Shown here one piece after another: positions 38,574 to 48,070 of a stretch of 64,000 nucleotides of DNA. The position numbers and the translations under genes were made by a program. Every line of letters begins with the position of its first letter. Position 1 is the stretch's first letter. Source of the DNA: a virus (taxonomy: Duplodnaviria; Caudoviricetes). Location of the stretch: IMG/VR virus record IMGVR_UViG_3300012007_000014, positions 17,522 through 81,521 of that record. One strand, 5' to 3'. The notes under the pieces are model-generated. The model was not told the origin of the DNA and did no database searches. It worked only from the letters and a program-made list of their open reading frames with translations.

Positions 38574-39128
38574 TTAGCCTTTCGTATGAAACCTTGCTTT
38601 GTTGAGCTTATTTAGCTCTGAGTAATATTTTGATGTTTGAGATTTACTCATTTTCTCAGGTGGTGTATTGTTTTCACTACACACTTTAATAAGTGTTAGG
38701 AGATTATTTAAATGCCATTTTTCACACACATCAAATGGGAGATTAAATTCTGCCATATGAGAATATATAACTTCAGATGTGAGAGTTATAGGCTTTTGTC
38801 TTTTCTTACTTGGGTGTTCTTTAATGGTTGTTGCAGTCATTGGATCATTGATATAATTAATGATTTTGTTATAGTCTTCATTTGATAGCTTCTGAAAAAT
38901 ATAAGGAGGAACTGATTGATCGAGTGACATGCAATAGAAATAGTACAAGGTTTCGTCTAAGGTTTTTGGTCCTGTTTTATCGGATAGATATGGTCTCTTG
39001 TACTTTTGTTCCCAACGTGTAAGAGATATTAAAGAATGCTCAAGACGCAAGTTATAATCCTTTACTTTGTAGAATTCTCCTTTGGCATTGTCAAAGTATT
39101 CACCACCTGGTATTTTTATCCTGAGCAT
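38574..39128 (-). CDS. Tail assembly chaperone (second)
   Basis: LEHSLISLTRWEQKYKRPYL...WHLNNLLTLIKVC. Confidence 0.7.
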   Translation of the reverse strand: MLRIKIPGGEYFDNAKGEFYKVKDYNLRLEHSLISLTRWEQKYKRPYLSDKTGPKTLDETLYYFYCMSLDQSVPPYIFQKLSNEDYNKIINYINDPMTATTIKEHPSKKRQKPITLTSEVIYSHMAEFNLPFDVCEKWHLNNLLTLIKVCSENNTPPEKMSKSQTSKYYSELNKLNKARFHTKG

Positions 39129-39147
39129 TCTTTACATCACCTCGGAT

Positions 39148-39543
39148 TCACTGCTTATTTTCCGGAAATGGAATGGTGTTTTCCTTCTTCTTAGGCATTA
39201 CACCGTTGATGAATTCCTGAGCTGCCTTCTCATCTGTTGCAAGTCTCATGTAAATCTGAGAATAAGCATTGGTTGAAACAAAGTCGTCGATGATCTGCTG
39301 ACTCTTTCTAAAGTGAATGCCATCAGGATCTCTCTCGCCATAAGAACGGACAATAATATCCTTGAAGTACTTAATAAGCTCAGGTGTAGACTTTGCTCCA
39401 ATGATCTTCTGAAGCATGGCTACCATGCCACCGGACACACCATACTGCATCTCAGTAATCTCAGCCTCTGTAAGATTGAAGTAGAAATCCCCTTCAATCA
39501 TGTTTCCATCAAAATCCGGATACTTCTCGTGAATCTTATACAT
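39148..39543 (-). CDS. Tail assembly chaperone (first)
   Basis: Directly after major tail gene; FYFNLTEAE...SYGER..DG..F.KS. Confidence 0.7.
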   Translation of the reverse strand: MYKIHEKYPDFDGNMIEGDFYFNLTEAEITEMQYGVSGGMVAMLQKIIGAKSTPELIKYFKDIIVRSYGERDPDGIHFRKSQQIIDDFVSTNAYSQIYMRLATDEKAAQEFINGVMPKKKENTIPFPENKQ

Positions 39544-39572
39544 AATATGCTCCTTTCAATTTTTTACGTTAC

Positions 39573-40241
39573 TTAAGCCTTGAACGCGGCCACAACCTCA
39601 TCAGGAAGCGGAAGCTTTGCAGTCGTTCCAGTACCAGAATCAGCACCATCAGTGCCGTAAAGAATATCCTCGAACTTCTTGAGCTTCTCAGCATCAACCT
39701 TAGTGGAGTTGATAACCATGTGACTCATCGGCTTGCCAAAGGTGTTACGAATAGGATTGCAAGCAAACTCAAAGCTCATCGTTCCAGCTTCCGGAGAGTC
39801 ATTGATCGTCTGATACTGCAGCTCAGAAGGAGAGACCGTTGCGTTGTAGACAAGGTGAAGCTCATAACCGAACGACATGCCTGCCTCGTCATTTCCAAGC
39901 TCCGTTCTATAAGACAGACCAAACGGTGCCCTAGGCTGCTGATTTGCCTTGACGCCCGGCACAAGTTCAAGTTCACCATTGCACTCTGCAAAGCTGTCCG
40001 GATAGGTATAGCACTCAATCGTGCCACCAAAATCCTCTGCACCTCTTAAAGATCCATACAGAATGTTATCTGCATAGAACTTCTGCTCGTCTGCGCCAGA
40101 AGGAGACTCCGTGACAGACGTCAGACCATTCCAAGCCTCAGCCTTGTCATAAACTCCCTTATTGAGGCGATACAGAACACCATTCTGAACACCAAGAGAG
40201 TAAATCTTCTCTCCAGTGCCGTCCCATGTAAGTCTTGCCAT
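39573..40241 (-). CDS. Major tail (tube) protein
   Basis: AWNGLTSVTESPSGA...YADNILY..LR.AEDFGGTIE.YTYP; high-expression codon bias. Confidence 0.88.
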   Translation of the reverse strand: MARLTWDGTGEKIYSLGVQNGVLYRLNKGVYDKAEAWNGLTSVTESPSGADEQKFYADNILYGSLRGAEDFGGTIECYTYPDSFAECNGELELVPGVKANQQPRAPFGLSYRTELGNDEAGMSFGYELHLVYNATVSPSELQYQTINDSPEAGTMSFEFACNPIRNTFGKPMSHMVINSTKVDAEKLKKFEDILYGTDGADSGTGTTAKLPLPDEVVAAFKA

Positions 40242-40349
40242 AATTTGTTACCTCTTTCTATAAATGTGAGTGTTAAGGCTTGAAACGAGTGCGACTTCAT
40301 TTCTTGCCAGTGTATTGAATAAACCCTTATAAAGGGCTTATTAGTGAAA

Positions 40350-40601
40350 TTATCTTCCAAAGAGTCTCTGAATTACATTTCCAACATTAATTTGACTCTT
40401 TAGAATATTAAATGCCTCCTCTGGAGTTTGAACATTTGGCATATTAATACCATTCTCCTTGCAGAGGTTCATAAAAGCAGTCTTACTATCTCCACCATGA
40501 GAAGAAACATAAGACTTGGCCCCATCCAAAGGATTCGAGGCAGGTGTTTGAGTGGAAGATGCACTTCTTTGGAACATGTCAAGAATTGGATTATTCATCC
40601 T
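40350..40601 (-). CDS. Hypothetical protein
   Basis: MNNPILDMF...; GGAGGTG RBS. Confidence 0.55.
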   Translation of the reverse strand, partial: RMNNPILDMFQRSASSTQTPASNPLDGAKSYVSSHGGDSKTAFMNLCKENGINMPNVQTPEEAFNILKSQINVGNVIQRLFGR

Positions 40602-40971
40602 TCTCACCTCCAAGATCTTTCACAAGCTTGTTTACTTTGTCAGCTAACTTGTCAAATTCTTTTGTTGTGACGTAAACCGGGGTTTCCTCTTTCATCTCGG
40701 CATCATCCATTGGAACAATCCGAAAGCCTTTCAAAGTTGGATAACCTGCGCCGTCCGTCATCTTCGCCCAAATAATGGAATCTGTCTCATCCATTAAGAG
40801 AATCGAAGAATTCGGAGGAAGAGAATAGGCTTTTGCACCATTCTCACCATGTACTTGAGGAACTTTAATAGAAGGTTCCTGTTGCATTGGCGTTTGAGGC
40901 TGATTAAACTGACTATAGCCATAAGCAGGAATCCCAAAATTATAAGGATTATACGGATTCATAAGTAACAC
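40591..40971 (-). CDS. Conserved Firmicute-phage hypothetical protein
   Basis: P/Q/Y-rich N-terminus; VHGENGAKAY...ILLMD......K.TD..G.P. Confidence 0.65.
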   Translation of the reverse strand: MLLMNPYNPYNFGIPAYGYSQFNQPQTPMQQEPSIKVPQVHGENGAKAYSLPPNSSILLMDETDSIIWAKMTDGAGYPTLKGFRIVPMDDAEMKEETPVYVTTKEFDKLADKVNKLVKDLGGEKDE

Positions 40972-40993
40972 CTCCTACACTCCATTTTGATCG

Positions 40994-41365
40994 TCAATTC
41001 TTTATCGGTAGTTGCTCAACTTTGCTAAGCAAGACCTTTCCTTCTCCAGTGACATCATCAAGTTCGAAATAAGGAACAGAAAGATCTTTAATTGTCTGGA
41101 GTTCATCAAACGTGATAGATCCTTCATTGATAGCATTTTTGCTAAGAAACATGAATCTATCTCGTAAGAGTGCCACATTGGCTTGCTTAAGTTTAGCGTC
41201 GTTGTTTGCCATTTCAGATAAAGCACTATCGACGTTATCAAGGCGTCTTGAGAGCTCATCTAAAATATCTTTTCTCATCATTCTTTTGGAGAACCATGAG
41301 GACGAGATCACGGCAACCAACACTGATGCAATGCTTGCAACTATCGTACTAAGCCAAGGTGGCAT
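40994..41365 (-). CDS. Membrane-anchored protein (holin-like)
   Basis: N-terminal TM, coiled coil, LLRDR...Y..L...G.G. Confidence 0.55.
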   Translation of the reverse strand: MPPWLSTIVASIASVLVAVISSSWFSKRMMRKDILDELSRRLDNVDSALSEMANNDAKLKQANVALLRDRFMFLSKNAINEGSITFDELQTIKDLSVPYFELDDVTGEGKVLLSKVEQLPIKN

Positions 41366-41386
41366 ACTCTTTACCCTCCCTAGCCT

Positions 41387-41629
41387 TTAAAGTGACTGCA
41401 TGATCGTAATCTCTGCTACCCGTTTGGAGTAATAGCTTACGATGTGCTCATCTGGATTCTGAATCATCTCGAAAAAGTTCTTGGCATGTGCCAACTCCTC
41501 TTTTGACATAGCCAAGAACTTGTCTGAATCTTCTTTCGAGGTTTTCTTCAGCCAGAGTGCTTTCTTTGCATAATCTTCAGCATCATTAAGCTCGTCGCAG
41601 AGATAGTTTTCCAGCTGGTTTATGCTCAT
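41387..41629 (-). CDS. Small ferritin-like helical protein
   Basis: DELNDAEDYAKKA...EELAHAK (ExxH) pattern. Confidence 0.5.
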   Translation of the reverse strand: MSINQLENYLCDELNDAEDYAKKALWLKKTSKEDSDKFLAMSKEELAHAKNFFEMIQNPDEHIVSYYSKRVAEITIMQSL

Positions 41630-42273
41630 CCAGTGGTAACTGTAGAGGAGGCTGCCTGAGATCCACTAGGAGTCCAGGCAACAAATCTCCCAAGTGCTCC
41701 CAGAATGTTCTGAGTCTGCTGAGCGTTATTGATGGCATTTTGAGCAACACCAAGCTCTCTGTTTCTATCCTCCAGACGATCCTGAAGCATCTGCGTCTTA
41801 ATGCTGCAGCAGCACTGATCCATCTGATAACCAAGCTGACTGATCTGCATTGCAAGCTGATTCGTCTGATTCTGAAGCTGCTGAGAGACACCATCAAAGC
41901 CGCCCTGGAGTGTCTGGTTCACACTATTGAATCCCTGCACTGCATTGATCTGATTTGCATGGTTCTGCTGCTGGAGAATATTCGTCTGACCGTTGATAAG
42001 CTGAGCAGTCTGATAGTTATTGTCAGCAGTAGCAAGCGCAATGTTATTAAGGCCAGTATTTACAGTCTGATTGTTAATCATCCCCTGAACATCAGTCACT
42101 GTTGCAACATTCGGAGGAACTGCAGGACCAGGATTCCGATTCCAGCCGCCACCCATTGCTCCAAAAAACAGGAAGATCAGAATCAGCCATCCAAGACCAT
42201 CTCCATTGCCGAAGCCAGAGCGATTACCAAGCATCGCGGCAATGTCCCCAAGAGAATAATTTGAATTTTCCAT
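41626..42273 (-). CDS. Conserved Q/N-rich membrane-anchored coiled-coil protein
   Basis: SLGDIAAM, WLILIFLFF TM, DQCCC..K...LQD+. Confidence 0.7.
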   Translation of the reverse strand: MENSNYSLGDIAAMLGNRSGFGNGDGLGWLILIFLFFGAMGGGWNRNPGPAVPPNVATVTDVQGMINNQTVNTGLNNIALATADNNYQTAQLINGQTNILQQQNHANQINAVQGFNSVNQTLQGGFDGVSQQLQNQTNQLAMQISQLGYQMDQCCCSIKTQMLQDRLEDRNRELGVAQNAINNAQQTQNILGALGRFVAWTPSGSQAASSTVTTG

Positions 42274-42526
42274 AAGGTTACCTTTCTCTGCTTTGTTCTG
42301 AAGCAGTAAGAAATGAGTAAAAATTAAGAGCCACTACTCATATTGAGTAATGATTCTAGTTACCATTTGGAATGTTACATTGGCAGAGAATGAATAAGCT
42401 GCTTTACTGTCTCTTTGTCGGTATCAGAAAGTTTGGTATAAGAATTAATAACTGTGGTCTCATCTTCACCACTATTAATTCTTTCCCTTGCATTCCTAGC
42501 AATAATCCTAAGAATAAACATTGGCA

Positions 42527-42820
42527 TTAGGATACACCTCCCATACTAAGAGCAATTGCAGACTCAAGATCTGAAATTCTCTGTCTTAAAATATCAGTTG
42601 ATGTGAAGTTACCGAAGATCACATGGTCCTTACCATCTTCCATAAAGTGCGCGACTACCTTATCGAAATTTGTGGTAACGCCATCAATCTTCATGTTCTT
42701 AATTGTATCGTTTGTAAAGGCGTCACTAGGAACTACAGTATCAAAAATATAATTATTTCCGTTTAATGTAGCTTCGTATGACTTTCCATTACTAAGTACA
42801 ATTGTATGCTTCTCTTCCAT
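42527..42820 (-). CDS. Hypothetical protein
   Basis: LSNG......LNGNNY; GGAGG RBS inside RT 3' end. Confidence 0.6.
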   Translation of the reverse strand: MEEKHTIVLSNGKSYEATLNGNNYIFDTVVPSDAFTNDTIKNMKIDGVTTNFDKVVAHFMEDGKDHVIFGNFTSTDILRQRISDLESAIALSMGGVS

Positions 42821-43889
42821 AAGCACCTCCATATAGAGTGAAAGCATGTGCAAATTGTTCGCTATAAAGGTTGTATAGATTACAAAGTGTTCTTTTGGAG
42901 AGGATCTTTTTAAATGACATTATCCAAGATTTAAATGCATTCTCTACATCTTTGAAACTCATTCTTCCTTGTATGCAGAGCACAAATTGTTTCTTAAGTC
43001 TTCGTCTAAATGAAGAAATTCTTTTTGGATTCATGCGCTTGCAAAGATGACCTGATTTTGAGAGTCTGTAGCGAATCTGTAAGAAAGTAAACCCTCTAGA
43101 TAGCTTATAAATATGTGTTTTACGAGTATTGACGTGAATACCAAGTTTGTTTGCAACAAGAATAGCTTTCTTCAAGAGAGACTTTAGAAACTCTTTTGAC
43201 TTATGAACAATGCAAGAATCATCCATATATCTATCATAGTTTCTAATATGTTTTACAACTTTAAAGAACGTATCCCAAATTGTAGGAAAATAAACTCCAA
43301 ATATCTGAGAACATTGATCTCCTATTCCGCATGATATTGGCTTACTATTAATTTCAAAGTTCTTAAGAATTGTTTTGATAAGCCAAATACAATCGGCATC
43401 AGTTAAATGCTTTTTCACTTGTTCCAATAGCTTATCATGTGGTATGGAATCATAATACTTCTTGAAGTCAATGATTAGGATATACCCATCATTTCCATGA
43501 TTCTTTCTGTAAAACTCATGGATCTTCTGCTCAAATCTACGTCTTGTGAATCCGATTCCTTTCCCTCTTACAGAAGCACCATTGTCATGAATGAGATATG
43601 GGTATAAAGCTGGTTCTAAGACATAATCACAAAAGCATCTTCGTATGACTCTATCATAGAATGGATTGCTTCTAATATATCTTATCTTTCCGCGCTCTCT
43701 TATTGTGAATTCTTTTCCTTTTCTTGGCTTATAAGTCTTTTCTTCAAGCTCTTGTCTTGTTTTTACAATATTAATAAGCCAATTTTGCTCGTAAATTTGA
43801 ACGGAAGACTTCCAATCTGAGCCATTTTTAGACTTTTTGTAGGAATCATAGAGATGATTTAAATCTGTAAGTTCACTATATCCCTCCAT
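42792..43889 (-). CDS. DGR reverse transcriptase
   Basis: RGK.R.I, DRV, GKG, DFKKYYDSIPH, GIGDQCSQ (DGR-type SQ), RYMDD; adjacent TR and avd. Confidence 0.95.
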   Translation of the reverse strand: MEGYSELTDLNHLYDSYKKSKNGSDWKSSVQIYEQNWLINIVKTRQELEEKTYKPRKGKEFTIRERGKIRYIRSNPFYDRVIRRCFCDYVLEPALYPYLIHDNGASVRGKGIGFTRRRFEQKIHEFYRKNHGNDGYILIIDFKKYYDSIPHDKLLEQVKKHLTDADCIWLIKTILKNFEINSKPISCGIGDQCSQIFGVYFPTIWDTFFKVVKHIRNYDRYMDDSCIVHKSKEFLKSLLKKAILVANKLGIHVNTRKTHIYKLSRGFTFLQIRYRLSKSGHLCKRMNPKRISSFRRRLKKQFVLCIQGRMSFKDVENAFKSWIMSFKKILSKRTLCNLYNLYSEQFAHAFTLYGGAYGREAYNCT

Positions 43890-44069
43890 AAACAATAATT
43901 CCTTTATATTTATTAGCCTTAAATTAGAGTGGAAATTAGTCGGCTAGAGATAACAGACGTATCTGATCTCATCTAATATGGAGATATTCTCCACCCACTC
44001 CTTTATTTCTCCATTTAGCTGGAAGGGACTAAATCTCCTTCTCCTGATCCATTTCTGAACCAAAAGAAT

Positions 44070-44159
44070 CCCAAAACGCTGTTCCAAGTATTCGAAGCGT
44101 TGTTCCTATTCGCGTTACCATTGTTGTTGACATTCGCAAAGTTAGATGCTGACACAACG
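44070..44159 (-). repeat. DGR template repeat (TR)
   Basis: AAC/AAT-rich; 71/90 identical to VR 44786-44875; 17 of 19 mismatches at TR adenines. Confidence 0.96.
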
Positions 44160-44174
44160 GAAAAGTTTACAGAT

Positions 44175-44675
44175 CTAGCCCACAGGAAAGTAAACTCCTT
44201 GCTTTTCCTGATTTTTCTTTAACTTTCTAAATTGTTGTAAATCTTTGTTTTTAATCGAACGAAGTAAGTCAATTTCTTTGACAATCAGTTGGGTAAGCCG
44301 ATAATACTTATTAATATTTACGTCTATATTTTGAGCACGAGAAGTTTCTATAAAAGTCATACAGACTTGTTCCAATTTATAGCAAGCCGCAATTGCTTTT
44401 ATTAATTGTTCTCTTCTATACTTCAGATCAATGTCCGTTACAACCTTGCAGCATCCAGCATTAGAAACTCTAAGATGAAGTTCTCTTACTTGTTTATACA
44501 TATCGTCTCTTGCAAGTGTGATATAATTGATAAAGACCTGAGGGTAATTGCGTGCTTTTGCTGTATCAATACCTAAATCAGTAAGGACGTAATTTAATAA
44601 TTCATTCTTGATCTGGTGAGTTACATGAAACGCTTCGTTACAAGATGGTTTCCTCTCACCTTTCTTAACACTCAT
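44175..44675 (-). CDS. avd: DGR accessory variability determinant (four-helix bundle)
   Basis: MSV.K.ER start, all-helical basic 166 aa, position between target and TR. Confidence 0.8.
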   Translation of the reverse strand: MSVKKGERKPSCNEAFHVTHQIKNELLNYVLTDLGIDTAKARNYPQVFINYITLARDDMYKQVRELHLRVSNAGCCKVVTDIDLKYRREQLIKAIAACYKLEQVCMTFIETSRAQNIDVNINKYYRLTQLIVKEIDLLRSIKNKDLQQFRKLKKNQEKQGVYFPVG

Positions 44676-44725
44676 TGTTATCTCCTATTGTTCTGCCCGA
44701 TAATATCAGAATAGGCTGAAAACGG

Positions 44726-44757
44726 CCTCGCTTCGCTCGGATCGCTGCGTACGCAGC
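44726..44757 (-). promoter_or_regulatory. DGR target-recognition hairpins downstream of VR
   Basis: Palindrome GCTGCGTACGCAGC (44744-44757) and CCGAGCGAAGCGAGG (44726-44740). Confidence 0.7.
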
Positions 44758-44766
44758 TCGTAATTT

Positions 44767-45645
44767 TTAATGGATCAGGTAGTAGCCCAAAACGCCGTAC
44801 CAAGTAAACGAAGCGTAGTACCTATACGCGCCACCATAGTAGTCGACACCCGCGAAGTCAGACGCCGACACGACGTCTCTTAACCAAATACTTATTTTTC
44901 TATTCATACTTGACTGATCAAACTTAAAAAGTGCAATCTGATTCTTCGAGCATCCAGTATTATATAGACCTGCTCCAGCATTATTTGCGCCGTTTACAAC
45001 AGTCCCATAATACATTGCTTCGTTGAAGATGTTATAAATTGTGTCTACCCATTCACCACCAGTAGGAACACCATCTGTAACAGCATTTGAAATGTACTCT
45101 CTATGTTTTAAAAGATGATTTCCAAATGCTGTAGTAATATCGGGAAGAATCTGATTTGGAATTGTAGTATTCCACATCTTTGAACCCTTAAATCCACCAG
45201 CAGTGGTATCGGTATCATTCATGAAATGCGTAGTTGATCCATCTGCAGTAAGATCTACACCATCGTCAACCATTAAAAGGTGATGACCTAATTCGACGTT
45301 ATCTCCACAATGAATGAAGTAATCGATATCACCAATGCGTCTTGTCTTTCCATTAATCACCCAGTAATCACCAACATACATATCTGTAAAGGTGCCATTC
45401 TGTACTGCTTGTGACTGCTCGGTTGTGAAAGAAGTTCCAAGATTCTTTCCTCGATAGATCATTCTATGAGAAATTGCAGGAGGGCAAAGCTCCATGATTG
45501 CCCTAAGATCTGCTGCCTTTGCAGCGACATTGTCCTGAAACTTCGATACTGGCATTCTTCTAAGTCCTGAAGTAGCTCCTGTAATCAGGACACTATCATC
45601 CGAATTAAACCCGCTAGTTGATGGATAATTGTTTACTTGACTCAT
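44767..45645 (-). CDS. DGR target protein, C-type lectin fold, probable receptor-binding tail protein
   Basis: VGDYW..NG, GG..GS.M, WLRDVVS...A.V....G.A...AS....GV; VR at C-terminus. Confidence 0.9.
   Translation of the reverse strand: MSQVNNYPSTSGFNSDDSVLITGATSGLRRMPVSKFQDNVAAKAADLRAIMELCPPAISHRMIYRGKNLGTSFTTEQSQAVQNGTFTDMYVGDYWVINGKTRRIGDIDYFIHCGDNVELGHHLLMVDDGVDLTADGSTTHFMNDTDTTAGGFKGSKMWNTTIPNQILPDITTAFGNHLLKHREYISNAVTDGVPTGGEWVDTIYNIFNEAMYYGTVVNGANNAGAGLYNTGCSKNQIALFKFDQSSMNRKISIWLRDVVSASDFAGVDYYGGAYRYYASFTWYGVLGYYLIH
44786..44875 (-). repeat. DGR variable repeat (VR)
   Basis: Adenine-specific variant of TR; encodes VVSASDFAGVDYYGGAYRYYASFTWYGVLG. Confidence 0.96.
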
Positions 45646-45660
45646 TTATTTTATTCTCCT

Positions 45661-47925
45661 TTATGCTGTAGCAATAGAAGCCTTTAAATCTTCTATCTGC
45701 TTATCCATTTTCTTTACTCGAAGCCGGTACCAATTCTCAATCTGTGCAAAGTCCATCCCATTTGGTTCTGTTCTAAAGAGTCTCCTGTCTGCTTCAATTG
45801 CATTCATTGGAATCTTGCGAATAAAGCTTAGGAACTCTCTATAAACATTCTCTTCAGAAAACACGGTTGAGCGCAGATATTCATACCTGTCAATTAGTCT
45901 TTGGGGATCATAAGTCCAGATCATATGCATTGCTCTGTTGTGACCATCCCAGCCTTTAAGCGATGGAGATCCTTCATCTGGTCTCCAAAGAAGATTCGGA
46001 TTTTTAGAATCAGGGCACCAGTTTCCCCAAGTCGTATCAAGGTCGTAAGCGGAAAAGAACCATTTTGTTCCGTCATATGTCACAAGAAGCCAGTTCTTAC
46101 CAACATCATCCGCTGCATTAATGAGGGAACTGAAGATCATGTAATCTACAACAGAATCGTAGTCCAAATACTGTGCAGAAACCTTCTTATAATTTGTATC
46201 TTTGTTATCCTTACCAGTGCTATCAACAACAGACTGAATCATGGTATTAAGAGATGCTCTAAACTTTGTGTTATCAGCTTCATACTTAGACAGATCTTCC
46301 TTGTAAGCATCATCATCTACACCCTTGTCATAATCAGAAGGCTTTGGTTTTTCATTTGGAATGCACTCATAAGTCCATGCAGTCGATTTCCCAGAAACGT
46401 CTTCACCTTCTTCTGCGTCCACGACTAAGTTTGCCGCCTTAAATCCACCAGCACCATCTGTTCCAGCACCTTCATTAGACACAACGCATTCCGTCTTCTT
46501 ATACTGCTTATACTGACCAATTCCAAACATATCTTTGTCTTTCGCAATCAGCATTGTGTAAAGACCGATATACTTCCCATTTGCAATAATGTATATAGGA
46601 AATCCATCATAGGTTCCATGATTAGGATAGACATCAATAGGATAAGAAGGAACTGTTATAGCATCTCCATTTTGATCAAGCAGTTCTTCTTTCTTCTCAT
46701 CAAGAAGGGATTCGTAGGAAACGTTCGGTCTTGATGCAACACACTGTGCCCAAAGCCGTCCTGAAACCGCATTTCTAGCCCAAGTAGGATCATTCCAGCA
46801 AGATTTGAATGTGTACTTCTTTGAAGGAAGCCAATCATTTTTTGCAAGAAATTTATCAGCAAATGTGATGCTATAATTCTTCTTAGGAAGTCCAGACGAA
46901 CTTTGTCCCTGAACGCCAATCTTTCCAACACCAACGAGATCCTGTCCATTAATATCTTTAAACTGATACCTTACTTTAAACTTACCCTCACCCTTACTTT
47001 TAGGAATATGTCCATAGACATAAAGAATTGGGATTACAACGGTTTTACCGCTCCATCCCCAAACGTTCCATCTATTTTCTGTTTCCGGATTAAATAAATA
47101 GTCCTTTACTCCAGAAAGTGCAGGCCCTGATAAAACTAAATCTGTTCCATTTGCAATGATCGGATCACCAATTTCATCAAGAATTGGTTCTAGTTTCTCA
47201 TCCAGAACATAATCATATTGCTTTGTGCTGAATTCAGACGTGAAGTTATTTAGTTTATTTAACGCAGACTCAATAGCAAATAACCTATCGCCGACTGTCT
47301 TTGAATCAGCGCTTGCCCACTTAATGGAAAGAGAGTCATCAACAATATTGACACCCGGTGAAATGTGGTTAAATATCCATTGATTCACCGTAGATCGTGC
47401 AACATTGTTCATATTGGCAGTTGCTGCTGTAACCAAGCTATTGGCCTTTGTATTCATTTGGTCAATAGCCCCATTAATATTAGTAGCTGCTTCTTTCTGA
47501 ATATCTGGGATGACACCCATAATATAGTTTAGAATGTTCTGATATACGGAGACATCTTCTGTATAGGTCACACCAAGACTAAAGGTTGCATTCTCAACAA
47601 GAATTGCAAAGTTCGCTGTTCCAACCGTTCCAATAGTGATCTCTGCAAGGCAAGGACCTGCAATAACAGTCATTACTGGTTTTAAAGGGAAGCTAACTGT
47701 TGATCCAGAAACTGTTACTGGGAAAGGACCCCAATTTGCTCCATCTGATCGAACGCCATGCACAGAACAGACATAAGAAGAACAGTCAAATAATTCTCCA
47801 CCATTCATCACTTCAAATGAAATGACAGAATCAAAGTCTCCACATGAGCAATGAACTACAGTAGGAGCACTGATCCCCGGTTGTATATCTATTGTATGTT
47901 TCTGTGTTATTGCCATAATTGTCAC
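45661..47925 (-). CDS. BppU-like baseplate N-terminus fused to CotH-family kinase domain
   Basis: N-terminal VVHCS.GD..S.I.F; KIGVQGQSS...PKKNY, NA..G.LW, G.P......G.YIGLY, NW...YD......AYDLD.TWG. Confidence 0.8.
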   Translation of the reverse strand: MTIMAITQKHTIDIQPGISAPTVVHCSCGDFDSVISFEVMNGGELFDCSSYVCSVHGVRSDGANWGPFPVTVSGSTVSFPLKPVMTVIAGPCLAEITIGTVGTANFAILVENATFSLGVTYTEDVSVYQNILNYIMGVIPDIQKEAATNINGAIDQMNTKANSLVTAATANMNNVARSTVNQWIFNHISPGVNIVDDSLSIKWASADSKTVGDRLFAIESALNKLNNFTSEFSTKQYDYVLDEKLEPILDEIGDPIIANGTDLVLSGPALSGVKDYLFNPETENRWNVWGWSGKTVVIPILYVYGHIPKSKGEGKFKVRYQFKDINGQDLVGVGKIGVQGQSSSGLPKKNYSITFADKFLAKNDWLPSKKYTFKSCWNDPTWARNAVSGRLWAQCVASRPNVSYESLLDEKKEELLDQNGDAITVPSYPIDVYPNHGTYDGFPIYIIANGKYIGLYTMLIAKDKDMFGIGQYKQYKKTECVVSNEGAGTDGAGGFKAANLVVDAEEGEDVSGKSTAWTYECIPNEKPKPSDYDKGVDDDAYKEDLSKYEADNTKFRASLNTMIQSVVDSTGKDNKDTNYKKVSAQYLDYDSVVDYMIFSSLINAADDVGKNWLLVTYDGTKWFFSAYDLDTTWGNWCPDSKNPNLLWRPDEGSPSLKGWDGHNRAMHMIWTYDPQRLIDRYEYLRSTVFSEENVYREFLSFIRKIPMNAIEADRRLFRTEPNGMDFAQIENWYRLRVKKMDKQIEDLKASIATA

Positions 47926-48035
47926 ACTCCAATTCCATTGATCTTGTGGTGCCCTTGTTGATTAACAGAAATTTGGATGATCAAAGAGTCGCCACGGGTT
48001 AGACTAATCGTAGTTCCAGATACTTTTGCACTCAT
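47922..48035 (-). pseudogene. Truncated TRGD-type tail gene
   Basis: MSAKVSGTTISLTRGDSLIIQISV then stop after 37 aa. Confidence 0.45.
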
Positions 48036-48070
48036 CTCTGTTGATCACCTCTTTTCATTTATTTTGAGAA

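Noticed and set aside
39100-39180. Programmed frameshift joining the two tail chaperones
   Set aside because: No slippery heptamer before the first stop; second gene has its own GAGGTG RBS
42792-43889. RT as group II intron, retron or Abi RT
   Set aside because: No maturase/intron structure or msr-msd; SQ motif, avd and TR/VR identify a DGR
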